Shown: piece by piece, positions 47,261-60,204 of the stretch | How positions within the stretch are numbered: position 1 is the first letter of the stretch | How the letters are laid out: each line of letters starts with the position of its first letter | Assembly: GCA_044892505.1 (NCBI GenBank) | Contig: CM097883.1 | Span: 183,644,001-183,708,000, forward strand | Source of the DNA: Schmidtea nova | Taxonomy: Eukaryota | Direction of reading: 5' to 3' | Length of the DNA stretch: 64,000 nucleotides | The notes under the pieces: generated by a model | Databases searched by the model: none | What the model saw: only the letters and a program-made list of their open reading frames with translations | What the model was told of the DNA's origin: nothing | Position numbers and translations under genes: made by a program

Positions 47261-49071
47261 TTTCGTAAATTATTATTATTATTGACCTACTTAATTCTGA
47301 CGGAGAAAAATTTCAAAAATTATTATTGACCTACTTAATTTGTCCACATAATGACAAAGAAAAATTTTGAAAATTATATTTAACTTACTTAATTTAACCA
47401 TAAATTCATCTTTAAAATATTTGACCTACTTAATTTGTCCTTATAGTGACCTGAAAAACGACATTTACCTACTTTTTTGTCCTCAATGTGTCTCTAAAAT
47501 GACACTGACCTACTTTTTTGTCCCTAAAGTGTCCTTAAACAATGAATCTGAATTTAAACAATAAAACGACCTTTAATCAACCTTGGCCTACTTTTTTGAC
47601 TTTAAAATGTCCTTAAGCAAAAAACTGACCCTTAAGTGTCCTTAAATTGACCTACATAAAAACTTCCTGGGGGAGGTCTTAACCTATATTTGATGGTCTC
47701 ACATTCTATTATTGCGGGTAATCAAATAAATTGTTCTGTGTTGGGTTTCATTTATTTTCGATAATTAAAAGACACGAGGAGTCAGGTCTTTGACCCGATC
47801 TTAAACAAAGTAAAATAACCCAACAATTTTTATAAAGAATAAATCAATTTTTTTAAAACGTACACAAATTTGAAAAACAGCCTTTTTACAATTGTTCTTT
47901 GTGTACACATTTGAAAAAGTCAGTGTCGAAAACTCGTATACTTTTAACAATTATCGCTTCTCCATAAACATTTGTAAGAAACGAGAAATTATTTAGACTC
48001 AGTACAATGAAGAAATTTATGTTATTTCCTGTAACATTCATTTTAGCTTTGAAAAACGAGAAATGGCAAAATCGTTGTATTTAGTTCACATAAAAAATGT
48101 CACTATTGAAATTTAATATTTTCAAATTATATAAGAATAATTCAGGAGGTTATCAAAATGTGATTCGGGGGAAATTTTTAAAAATATATACGCCAATAAA
48201 TGAGGAATGGGGATTTAGTATATTCATACATAAAAAACTATTTTTACTCGGTTATTTTGAGTTTATTTTCAAAAAAAGCACTAAGTAGCAAGTAGTCTTT
48301 TTTTGATGATGATTTTGTTTGTTTTTGTTAATGCCCTGTCTCAATTGATTTAGGAGGATCTTGGTCGGCCAACCGGCTACTAGTTCCCGATGTGTTGGAA
48401 AAACCAAACCGAAAAGTCGGAAGAGACATTCAAATCATCGTCTTATTAAATTATATACACTGATACGGGTGAAAGTAAATTATGAGGGAAGAAATCAAGT
48501 TATTAAAGTATGGGAAATATTAGATTGAAAAATAGAGGTAGAACCCTTCAAAAGTTTTCGAACAAGTAAACTAAAAGAGAAATTATAGATGGTCATAAAT
48601 AACATAAAGTAATGTTACAGAAAGTCACGAGTTGATAAGTTAAAAGTACCTTTGAAAAAAGACTGAGTAAGCGCTTAAAACCTATCGGCATAGGAACCCG
48701 TAAGAGAATATAATAAGTAGTTTGGGTAACAAAGCTCACCTGATTATTGAATTCTTGTATCACCGTATACATTACAAGTTTAACTATGGGTAAACAAATG
48801 AGGTAATCTAGCATTTTCATGATGGCGTGTTTGTTACTGTAATCCCTAGCAACTACAATTTTTAACAACCAATTCAACCGCATATCACTAAGAAATAATT
48901 TTCCTAAACTGAGTTGTTAATTTACTACAAATATTAAACTAAAATTCATAATCATTCATAATCATTTAATAAAAAACAAAATTCAAAGCACAAATTTATT
49001 TTTAAAAACTAAAGGAAAATATGAGAATTTGTTTTTTTTCAGTCAATAAATAATGCCAGTGATGCTTTAAA

Positions 49072-49912
49072 TTATATTTTATCAATAATTGGACTTTGCA
49101 ATTGAACGATATCAGAAGATTTGTCCCAGAGATCCTTCGATAAATACATGGAATCTTCAACACGATCTGGCCAAGAAATTGATTTGAAATTAGAAAATAA
49201 TTCATCACTGGATGATTTCAATTCATTGCTGATTGCACAATGGACAATCGAATGACAAGCATCTACTGGATCTTTCAGGAACAGCCACATCATAAATTGT
49301 AGAATCGGTTGTAAAAATATGTTATAACTCGAAATGATATTTCTACTCAATGATGTGTTAATCATGCCTCCAGTAAACATTGTAATTATATTTACATTAC
49401 TATTTCCAGTTTTCTTGTCACGCAATCGACAATGGAGTTCTCGACTAAACAAACATAAAGCCAGTTTTGAATTAGCATATGCTTGCATTGGACTATATGG
49501 ATGATTGCTCAAATCAAGATTTGACATATTAAGTACACCTTTTTTGCACAGAGAAGAGGAAACAAAAATAATTCTAACCGGATCATTACTTAAATCTTCT
49601 ATTTTATTATCACCGTCTTCTTGAGAAACACATGAATTCAGATTAGGAAATTTTGTCAATAAGATATTTGTTAAAAGAAATGGACCAAGATAATTTACAG
49701 TCATATCCTCTTCAGTTTTCGTACATTGAACCATTCGAAAATGTCCTGTCATTACGCCAGCATTATTAATAAGAACGTCAATTTTTTCATGTGATAAACT
49801 TTTGCAAAAATCTTTAATTGAATCTAAGTTGGATAAATCAAGTGGAAGAACTGTTGCAATTTCACGTGTTTTGTTAATATTTTCTGCAATTTTTTCTCCC
49901 AAAATTATATTT
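49072..49912 (-). CDS. Short-chain dehydrogenase/reductase (RDH11-14/DHRS-like) exon; the N-terminal TGxxxGIG exon was not located
   Basis: LDLSNLDS, DVLINNAG, VNYLGPFLLT, VSS and catalytic YANSK motifs; TTTTAG acceptor at 49913-14; open frame to the stop. Confidence 0.9.
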
Positions 49913-50009
49913 CTAAAATTGATATATTTTATAAAAAATAAATCAAATTATAATTTTATTGTCTTTTATTTAAAATTGTTTATCAAGAAATTACAGTTAA
50001 ATTATATAT

Positions 50010-52051
50010 TGTTGGATCCACCATTTGGTCCACATTTAACATAAAAATAATAATAAGAAGAAATAAATAAGACTAAATTAAAATTAATATAATTGCGAGA
50101 AATTTCAGTAAAAACGAATTAAAAGTAATAAAAGATATGAAGAATATTGAAAAATTAGAAGAAATAGAATTGAAACTGTCAAAACTGTTAAGGAAAATGA
50201 TATTTAATTATATTTAAATAATAAGAAAGTGAAAAAAATAAGTAATAAAGAAAAAGAATTAATAAAATTTCTGTAAATTAAAACAAGAAAATGAAAATCA
50301 TATTTGTTGATAAAATTGATTTTATTTTTAATAAAATTACATTGATGACCATCAGATTGATGCTGATTGGTCAATGAACTGATCTGGTCAGTATAAATAC
50401 TGATCCAGATTCAGATTAAATTAATGATTTAAGTGTTTGAATTTTGACATAAATTTTGAGTTTATGCTTCAGAAGAATTTTTGTTTTCAAGAAAATTTAT
50501 AAAGGTATGCAGTTTGATATTTTTATTGTTATTGTTATATAATTCTATTACGATTTTTCTGTCATTGCATTAATTCATTTAATAAAATTTTATGAATAAT
50601 TCTAGTTATATTTTTTTTAATTTTTATTTGTTCAAGCTTCTTCCACTGTGTAATCGGTGGAAGGAGACAAGGGTATTAGATTATTTATATTATTCAGGAT
50701 TATATTTTGGTCGAGCTTCTTTCACTGTGTAATCGGTGGAAGGAGGCGAATTTATATTATATATTGTATTTAAGTATAGATATGTATTATTATGCAAGGG
50801 GGCTCCTGAACATCGTGAAATCGATGAAAGGAGGCATACTGTGCCGAGTAGAAGACTGCTCCGTACAGTTAGGCCGCCCAACTGGTATAAAGTGCCACTA
50901 GGAAGGTAGGATTTTACTAACCATAAATGCTAACATTTTTTATCACTGGATAGTATAACCAGTTGAAGTTTGATTTTGAGATACTAATTGATTTGATTAT
51001 TATCGAGTTTACTTCACCTTTGGATTAACAGAATGTTACCCTATTTTTACGATTGTCACATCTGGGGTTTGTTGGCATAAAGCGGCTGATATAAAGTCTA
51101 GAAATAAATATAAAATACACCTTTGAACGAAATAATACAAGAAATCGATAACTTTAATAGCGTAGTTCAGTGATCTACCACACAAATAGAGCATCAGCAA
51201 TGGATCAAATATTCAACACAGATAATTCATAATGAAATGTAATATATTATCCTGAACCCTGTACATAGGGCAGTAGATCTTAGTTATTTTTAATAATTTA
51301 TTATCCTGAGTGCTGTACATAGCACCGGCGTGAATAAATGAAATAAATTATCAAATGAATGTATCTGATCGCTGTACATAGCGACAGTGTTGAAAATATA
51401 ATATGTATATTATTTCTTTTCCTAAATTAGAAATTAATAATCGTAGAAATTATGAGAATTATTCAACCAAAAACCAAGTTCATATTGATAAACCATCTTG
51501 AATTCTAGAAAAATGTCAATCAAATCAGTAACTCTTAAATCAGAATTAGACAAGGCTTGGCGTATTATCCGCAGCCTTGAGAAGGAGATATCGAATAAAT
51601 CCGAAAGAATAAAAGAAGCCGACATCACCATAGCGAAGTTACAGAAGAGCTGGTTTAGCCCAGACCAAATGAAGGCACAACTCCTCAAGAATCAACGCTC
51701 TCGACAAGCGAATGATAATATAAAATGGAGCTAGAAGCAACAAAAATGGAGTTGAAAAAATGCTTAAAATCGGTAACGGCTTCTTACCTCAATCAAGAGT
51801 TGAAACAGCTCATACGTCCTATCACGTATCAGCATTGGTCTGAAGAGAAGTCAGGCTGTTCGAAAGGGACAAATACGGATGAACCATCTCAGGTTCGAGT
51901 AATCCCAGTACAAACTACACCAAAAAGCATAGAAAATCCGGAGGTTAAAAAGAAGAAAAACAAGATGGGCGCACGTCAGCGTCGTTGGAAAAAGCAAGTC
52001 CTACAACAATTGATACATCATTCAAAAGAAATACCGGAAATCGACTTAACT
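50010..52051 (+). mobile_element. Second, diverged LTR-A copy, 3'-truncated
   Basis: Same TGTTGGATCCACCATTTGGTC start, hairpin arrays and ORF; homology ends at a junction with the Tigger ORF. Confidence 0.88.
51498..52051 (+). pseudogene. LTR-A ORF copy 2 (1-nt frameshift at ~51722; runs in frame into the transposase start)
   Basis: ELDKAWRIIRSLEKE...KMGARQRRWKKQVLQQL. Confidence 0.85.
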
Positions 52052-54123
52052 ATGCCTGTTAACTATGCCTGTTCTATGATGCCTGTTAAGAAAAAAAGAA
52101 AATGTATTTCATTAGAAACCAAAATTAAAATTTTAAACCGTATTGAAAATGGAGGGTTCTACGAGCCTTGGTAAAAGTTTTGATGTGAATGAAGCTACGA
52201 TACGCACTATAAAGAGAAATGAAAGTATTATCCGAAGATCTGTGATGGACGGAACTAAACTATCTTCCAAGTACTCCTCATATACAAGATGTAGCGTTAT
52301 GGAAAAAACAGAAAAGGCATTGGCTGTATGGATAGAAGACAACAACCAAAAACGAGTTCCATTGGATGGAAATACAATCAAGCAGAAAGCATTACATATA
52401 TATGCCAAGATTGAACAATTGCAACCATCTAATTCAACGCAGGCCAAGAAAACTGTTTTTTCTGCAAGTACAGGATGGCTAAGAGCATTTCTAAACAGAA
52501 ACTCGCTTCATAACGTGCAAATTAAGGGCGAAATTGGCTCAGCCAACGAGAAATCTGCTAAAGAATTCCCCGAAAAGTTAGCCAGAATAATTGAAAAAGG
52601 TGGATACACTCCAGACCAAGTTTTTAATGCAGATGAAACTGGTCTTTTTTGGAAGAAAATGCCAAAAAGAACATATGTGGCTAGATCTGAAAAAGTCGCC
52701 AGTGGATTTAAAGCAGCTAAAGAACGTATTACTTTATTATTTTGCAGCAATGCTTCAGGGGATCGGCAGTTAAAACCTCTATTTATTAATAAAACTTTTA
52801 AACCACGTGCAATGAAAAATAAAAACGTAAAAACCTTGCCTGTTCATTGGATGGCCAATAACAAAGCATGGGTAACATCATTACTTTTTACAGAATGGTT
52901 CAATACGTGTTTTATTCCAGAAGTTAAAGTGTATATGGAAGAAAAAGGTTTGGAATTCAAAATTCTTTTGCTTATAGATAATGCTCCCGGACATCCACAT
53001 TTAGAACACCCAAATGAAAAAATTGTATTTTTGCCACCTAATACAACGTCTTTATTACAACCACAAGATCAAGGTATAATTGCCACGTTTAAAACCAATT
53101 ATTTAAAACAATCATTTCAATATATTTTGGATAAACTAGAAAATGACAGAGCAATAACAGTTATTGATGCCTGGAAGAAGTTTTCAATTATGGATTGTGT
53201 AAAATTTGTAAATATTGCAGTACATGAATTAAAACCATCAACTTTAAATGCGTGTTGGAAAGCGGTTTGGTCAGATTGTGTCAAAGATAAAAATTGCGTG
53301 CCTCCAATTTCAACCGAATATTCCAACATTATAAATTTATCAATGGCAGTTGGTGGATTAGGGTTTGAAGATTTGGCTTTTGAAGATATTGAAGAAGTCA
53401 TACTAGATCCAGTTATTAGCGATGAGTCATTAATAGAAGTTGCTCTAGAGGGTACTGATTGCCGAGAAAAAAGTGGAATTGTGACGTCTGCTCCTCTTAG
53501 TGCCGGTTTAATTATAGAAGGATTGCAATTGGCAGAAAAGTTGGAAAATATTTTTATTGAAAACGATCCCAATTTTGAGCGAGGTTTGAAATTCCAAAAA
53601 GATCTGAAATTCTGTATGGCTCGTTATAAAGAATTATTGAAAGACATAAACAAGAGCGTACCTAATAATACGTCAACAGCAAAAAATTCTCGTGACTCGT
53701 GCACTTCATTGACTTCACAGCTTCTGTATGAAAATACAGAACCTAATATTTCGAGCGAGGAATCTGAATGTGAAATCAATTTTAAACCAGTCTCAAGAAA
53801 GCGCATACGTATTTCTTCAGACACTGACAGTGATTAAAAGATTATTTTTTGTTAAATTGTTAATTATAAATTTATTTTTTCGTAATGTCTATACATATAT
53901 ACATTGAATATGTTTATTTTTCTAAACTATTGTTATTAAATAAAAAAATTTCTTAATTCTGCTGTTATTGAATCTAATCTACGAAAATGCTTTTTATATT
54001 TGTTAGTAATTTTTTTACATTATTTTTAACACGGTTTTTTTTACACGATTTATTTAAATTTACACGGTTTTTTTACACGATTTTTTTACACGGTACCTAT
54101 CCAACGTGTAAAAGAAGACTTAG

Positions 54124-54126
<3 letters not shown>
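52052..54126 (+). mobile_element. pogo/Tigger DNA transposon lacking its 5' end
   Basis: 3' end ...AAAAGAAGACTTAGGTG|TA with subterminal TTTTACACG repeats; no 5' TIR. Confidence 0.85.
52076..53837 (+). CDS. pogo/Tigger transposase (HTH-psq, CENP-B HTH, DD29D) with one ~2-nt deletion near 52150
   Basis: KRKCISLETK, FSASTGW, FNADETGLFW, LIDNAPGH and LLQPQDQGII motifs. Confidence 0.92.

Positions 54127-54184
<58 letters not shown>
54127..54184. repeat. (TA)n microsatellite at the Tigger TA target
   Basis: Direct reading of the sequence. Confidence 0.95.
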
Positions 54185-54188
<4 letters not shown>

Positions 54189-54699
54189 AACGTTGGTATT
54201 GTTGACCTTTGATATATCACTATAAGTTTCTAAGATGTTTCTGATAGCCTCAGTCAAATTCATTCCTTGGCAAAACCAAACTGTATGCAATATCTTACAA
54301 TACCGGACAGCCTAGTTGCATCAAGGATATTTTCCTTCATAACTTTTTAGAATAAGGTATTATTGCAACCATATTTACAATGATTGTTAACGTGGTCTAT
54401 GCTAAAATCACGTGTGAATTTTATCAAATTCTGATTATCATTTGATGCATAAGTAGAGTAGAATTCATTTATGGGTCGACCGCCTAATTTCATCACAAGA
54501 AATAATTCTCCAAAAATGATTTTATTCAACTTCCATGACAACGCTAATAATGGGTTGATGAACCTTTGCTAGTGATGCACCCATGAATTTTGTTTACCAT
54601 TGAATCACTGAGATGCTGACAGAGTGTGGTGATGCCAATGTCATTCGATCAAATTAATTTTACTCATCTTAAAAGGTCTTCTTTTTTGCAGAAGGATTC

Positions 54700-54945
54700 A
54701 CAGTGTACTTTTTATTTTAAGATGTTCAATAGTTTTACTATGGGATTTAGGTCTGGAGAGTACTCAGACCACTCCATAGTAGTTATTTCGTTTGCAGTAA
54801 ACCTTGCACGGGTAATAACAGCTTTGTGTGCAGAAGAATTATACTGCTGAAAATGGTAAAATCCGGTACCTCGGAAGAGTCGTTCAGCTGAGGATTGTAG
54901 ATGATACTCCAACACATCTATATAACGAGACGTGCTCACAATTTG
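54700..54945 (-). mobile_element. Tc1 transposase catalytic-domain remnant
   Basis: YIDVLE, FQQYNSSAH and MEWSEYSPDLNPI motifs. Confidence 0.8.
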
Positions 54946-55447
54946 AGTGCAGACATTAAGTCTGTGAGGTGTTTTCAGCTGAGAACTAAATATTTCAATG
55001 AATTATTAAAATAATTGTTATAATTAATGTGTATTTAAAGTTGTAATTTGAAGAGATGAAATAGATAAATAAATTATAATTTTATAAATAATTTTATACT
55101 TTTTAAAATTTATAAATAGTTCTGAAAATATTTTGTTCAAGGCTGAAAATTTGATTGAAAATTATATAATATTTCATAAAATAAAAACTTGTAATTATGA
55201 CTTCAACTTCCCAACCTGATTTAGAAAATAATTTAGAAGATGTTCTAGCAACATCTAATAAAGTCTACCAACTCATGTTCGAGCAAAACATTCCCAAACC
55301 ATTCTTTCTTTATGTCTATCATCTTACTGGGTTTCTTTGAGAAATATTCTGTTCATTCTTTAAAATCAATCACCATAATCAGTTTATTATGTTTTCAACC
55401 TATAAATGATGTAATCAAACACTAATACTTCAGGATGACGATAGACG

Positions 55448-56384
55448 TGTTAGAATTGGGCTTAAAGTTTATAGACTTATAATTTAATTTTATAATAATA
55501 ATAAAAATAGATAAACATAAATGAATTACTATTAATAAATAATAGTTATAAATAAATACTATAATAAATAATAATTACTATTAATAGAAAAAAGATAAAA
55601 ATAAATATTTCAATTAATAATAGTGATTTATAAATAAAAAATTTTTTAAAGAATAAATATTATCTAAATAGTAGTTACTAAAAGTAAATGAGTTACCATC
55701 ACCATAAATTGTTGCCGATTACAAATGTAGGATCACGATGTCTACTGCAGTTTATAAAACTATAAATACTTATTTAGTAAGAAAAAACAAATAAAGTAAA
55801 ATTTAAAGTTAACAGACAGAAAATAATAGAGTTTAAAAAGGAGAATAATAACAATACTGAGAATTCGCGAACCGCTGTCATTTGGTTTAATTTAGTTACT
55901 ATTGAAATTTGGTAATTTGTTTTTTTAAAATTTTATTTAAGAGTACTAGTATTACTTTTTAATACTATTTTACTCGATCTGTTAGCAAAGTATATATTTA
56001 GAAGAGAAATTTTAAGGTACAACTATCAACCAATTTTCTCGGTTGATACCATCGCGCTTAAATTCTTTCTACCTCTCACCTAGTCAAAGTTGTTGAGAGA
56101 ATTAGATCCAGCTTTCGCTCTTTGAAATACATGAGGACGGTTTGAACAACCGATATCTTGTTTGAGAAAAATAGACAGCGTTATTTTGTATTTTGTATTT
56201 TGGGGATTTTTGTATTATTTCAATTGTACTAAAGTTTGTCATAATTAAAAATTATTAATGGTATTGTATAACTTAATTATAAGAAACAATTTCATTTACA
56301 TTCATTAAAAATATCGTTTGGAGTCCAATATTGATTTATTTATAAATTTTGTGTTAATTTGTAACCACTGATACGAACCAAACA
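55448..56384 (+). mobile_element. Solo LTR, family D (937 bp)
   Basis: TGTTAG...CAAACA termini with 4-bp TSD GACG (55444-47 and 56385-88). Confidence 0.8.
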
Positions 56385-56712
56385 GACGTTTTAAATTTAT
56401 AAAATGACGCTGGGAATCGCGATGACACTAAAAATAGTAATTGTTGACAGGTGATGAATGATACCACTCAAAATGGAGAGCGAAGAGAATTTAAAATATA
56501 AGCTGAGCAAATTTTCACTTTAACCACCCTAAAAATTGTGATCTCACAGGTGTTACAAATTCAGTAATTGATATTGCAACATAATTTCGAGCATACAAAT
56601 TAAGAAACTCAAGCAACTGCAAACATTAACAAATATATGCAAATATATACAAATGGATAAAATCTATATTTTATTTAGCTGAGGTTATTTTCATTTTCGT
56701 CACTTGAAAAAT

Positions 56713-58570
56713 TGTTAGGGTTCGAGATCAAGGGATCTAGGTTTTTGTATAAATCTTGAAATAAATTAGTTAAATAAATAAATTAAGACGTATAGTAATA
56801 AATAATTACTATAAATAAATTTAGATTAAATATAGTAATAATTAAATAGTATAAATAAAATATAGTAAGTAACAATTATTATAAATAAATAGATAATAAT
56901 TTTAGTAATAAATAAATAGATAATAGTAATAATAAATTATATATAGTAATAATAAATTATATATAGTAATAATAAATTATATATAGTAATAATAAATAAC
57001 TTTAATTTAAAATTAGTAAATTTTAAAGGTCAAAATAGACCTACGCATAGAAAATCGAGTCTGGTCGTCTAGACACACACATAGTTAAATTATCATATAT
57101 AAACTGATTGCAAATCAGTTGGAGACAGTAGTATTATTTAGAGTGAATTTCTTAGCGGTAACAAATTGAAATTTTTCGGAAAATACATAAATTTTAAATA
57201 CAAATACACCAAATAATAAACAAACCAACCAAACGGTTGACGACAAAAGTATTTGAAATAAATAAACCAAATAAATTGAGTCAAATAAAAGTATAATCAA
57301 TTACGTTATCGAATAAACACCAACCCAGAATCCATTATTGACTGAAATTAAAATATAGATATATCAAAATAAATAAATAATCCCACAAAAGAATGAATTT
57401 TTGGGCACAAAGCTGAAATGTTGGAAATGCAAGGAAAATCATTATTTGGATCAATGCAGAGAATTTAAAGAAATGAACCCCGCAATGCGACGTAAAACAG
57501 TAGGATACTGGAAGTTATACTCCAATTGTTTAAAACTAATCATTTGGCATCGGAATGTCGAAAGGCTTCATTCTGTAGGAAAGAGGGGTGTAAGCTGAAA
57601 CACAGTAACCTACTTCATGTGGATCAGTCAGAGTCTAAAAGGAAGGAGAACATATTGATATCCGCTACGAAAGATGAGTTAATAACAAGAGAGCGAAAAT
57701 ATCTAAGCTTAAGGACCATACCAATCTACCTTGAGCATGGAACGAAGAAGATTAAAGTTAATGTGCTTTTAGACGATGCTAGCTCTATTAGCTACATAAG
57801 TCAGAGTATTGCAGACGAGTTGGGTCTAAAAGGAAAGAGGAAATAGTTTCTGTGAGCGTCATCGGAGGTCACATTCAAAATATGACAACAAGAATAGTCA
57901 CGATGACGTTAATAGGTTATGATCAGAAGATGAAGGAGTTTACAGCGTCAGCCGTGAAGAGTGTTACCGGAGAAATGAGGGTAATCAATTAGGCAAAGGA
58001 AAAATGGCAATGGGAGCACTTATAGGATATACGATTTCCAATGTCTGATGAACGACAGGTAGTGCATGTTCTTATAGGAGCCGATTATTTAGGGTTGCAA
58101 AGAGCGTTGAAGGAAGTGGATGGGAAGATGAATGAATCGATTGCGAGATTAACGCCATTAGGTTGAAAGGGTCTTTGAATCGATGATAAAGTCATCAAAG
58201 AAGGCAATGGAAGCAATAATGGAAAGTTCTGACGTAAATGACGAAGAGTTAGGAAATGTTTTTAATAGAGCAGAAATGCTGATCAATTCGAGACCACTTG
58301 TCATGCAAACAGAAGACTGTAAGGAGGACAGAGTGATAACACCGAATCATTTAGTAATTGAGGGATGGAAGACTGAAGCAGATTGGGAAGTTGAAGGATC
58401 AAAAAATAGTAACAATTACGCACGATGGAGACGAGTTCAAACTTTAACTCATTAGTTTTGGCAGCGATGGATGAAAGAATTAACTCCCTGTTGGAGAAAC
58501 AGACAAAAATGGAAATGTCGCATTTGATTGTGGAAATCACATAACAAAGAAAAACGAAATTCTTAGGATG
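56713..58570 (+). mobile_element. BEL/Pao LTR retrotransposon remnant (putative 5' LTR ~56713-57325; gag knuckles, protease, integrase)
   Basis: CWKCKENHYLDQC, HLASEC...GCKLKHSNLLH, LLDDAS, RLTPLGW, EMLINSRPL and ITPNH motifs; RT region deleted. Confidence 0.85.
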
Positions 58571-58629
58571 TGTTACCAATGTTTGATCCAGGCCATTTGA
58601 TCAAGGCTTGAGAAAAAATAAGCAAAACC

Positions 58630-59180
58630 CAATGAAGAAAATTTAATTAGCGAACTACTTCTGACGAAAAGCCCAACCATATATGTCATAATATCATTAC
58701 ATAAATTCATAGAAACTGTCATTGAAAACCACATAATTCCATTAAATAAATTGTCAATCATCAAATGCGAAGAAGCGCCTATTATTGGTAGTGTCACATG
58801 AGTCCATCCAAACAATGTAAATTGTTGCAGATAATGCTTCTTCACCAAGATGAGAACGAACCACCTAATGCCACAACTGAATATATAGAACGATATAAAC
58901 TGATGGTGAGAAAATAGCGACTTTGAAGCGATTTTCAGGTGGATTATCGTCAGAGACACGCGAAAACATTAACACGATTGTCTTATTTAAGTCACGAAGT
59001 TAATGAGGACATTCATTTGAATTGAAATAATTCCCATCTCATCTACGAATGAAACTTGCGGTGGCTATTTTCATATCCTCTTCAACGTTGAACTCTAACG
59101 ACGTATTGTCACAATCCGTCCCGATATCGGTTTCATTTGATAAATAATTTCCCATTGAACCATAACACATCCTTGCAATC
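58630..59180 (-). pseudogene. CDS1/2: Degraded phosphatidate cytidylyltransferase (CDP-DAG synthase) copy
   Basis: HQFISF...FVLILVKKHY..QF.LFGWTHVTL...HL.I.NLF.G..WF.....CNDIM.Y matches eukaryotic CDS; truncated at both sides; the fragment is intronless. Confidence 0.85.
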
Positions 59181-59606
59181 AATTTTCCCCATCTTTTTCA
59201 AATTCAAAAAAAAACCAATTTTCCAAATTACTCGATTAATTAAACAAAAAGGTTCAAAGCGCACACAGACGCGAGATTGTCTTCATCGCAGCACACACAG
59301 ACGCTGATAATTAAAAAAAAGCAATGCGCACACAGACGCGTACAAACAATACATCCAGAAATCACCAGGTTGACTTCTCTGATTCGTTGAAATAATATGC
59401 GGATCTGGTATAAATAACAATGTGCAATTCAGTCAAATAGACGATAAAAGTTTTACATGTAGAGAAATTTTTTGTAGCGAAACTGATTGTGAAATTTATA
59501 CTATTGTGAAATTTTCAGTTATAATATGCGATAATAAAGGTATATTTTGCTGATTAGTTTTATTCATTTCGTTATTACATTATTCTTTTTTATCTAATAT
59601 CACTAA

Positions 59607-60204
59607 GAGCCCATCCTTAAATGACCTCACGCTCCTAAGGGGAGGGAAGCAGACATTTTTAACGAGGAAGGGGTTTTAAGAAATGTGACATCACAAAAAA
59701 ATATTTCATTTGACAATTTTATCACTATTATTTAGTCATTCAAATAAATTTAATCTTTTACTCACTAGATGTCTAAAGTATGAATTAAATTTTAATTAAA
59801 TTTCATTTTAACTTACTTCATCAAGAAGAGAATTCAAGTTTTAGTTGAATTTTAATAAACAAAACTTTGATCATTATACTAATATCAAATTGATTAATTA
59901 AAAGTTATATTACCAATTCGTAAATAATTATTTGCAGGGAATTCACTCCTAATGATGGATAAAAATAAAATGTACCAGTGTATTTTTGACGCATACGTTT
60001 CAGCATATTTTAGAAAGTGCAGAAAGGCTTACCAAAAAGAACTAGTTCAAAAGTGGAATGAAATGTGATGAGGGGGAAGGGGCAAAAATCAGCCAAAATT
60101 GCGTGACGTCATATGAGAAGGGCTGACATTTTGTGATGTCCTGTGATGAGGGGGCGGGGGCAAAAATCGGTCAAAATTGCGTGACATCATTTATGGACGG
60201 GCCC
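59607..60204. mobile_element. PIF/Harbinger MITE
   Basis: TAA TSDs; TIR G(A/G)GCCC(A/G)TCC(T/A)TAAATGA; the 3' subterminal block is duplicated. Confidence 0.85.

Larger units (their letters stand above)
30853..47713 (+). mobile_element. Decayed, internally deleted Maverick/Polinton (adintovirus-like); ~6.8 kb without the nested insert
   Basis: TIRs ~30853-31640 and ~47250-47713 (AGTAGAATGTGAG / CTCACATTCTATT, with TTAAGTAGGTCAA repeats); ATPase, integrase, penton and capsid homologs; no pPolB or protease seen. Confidence 0.9.

Noticed and set aside
54347-54541. ORF with SWKL suggesting rhabdovirus L
   Set aside because: The match is limited to a few residues, and other frames look Tc1-like; unassignable.
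55200-55440. Candidate first exon of the SDR gene
   Set aside because: No TGxxxGIG motif, stops in frame, and the splice phase does not fit.
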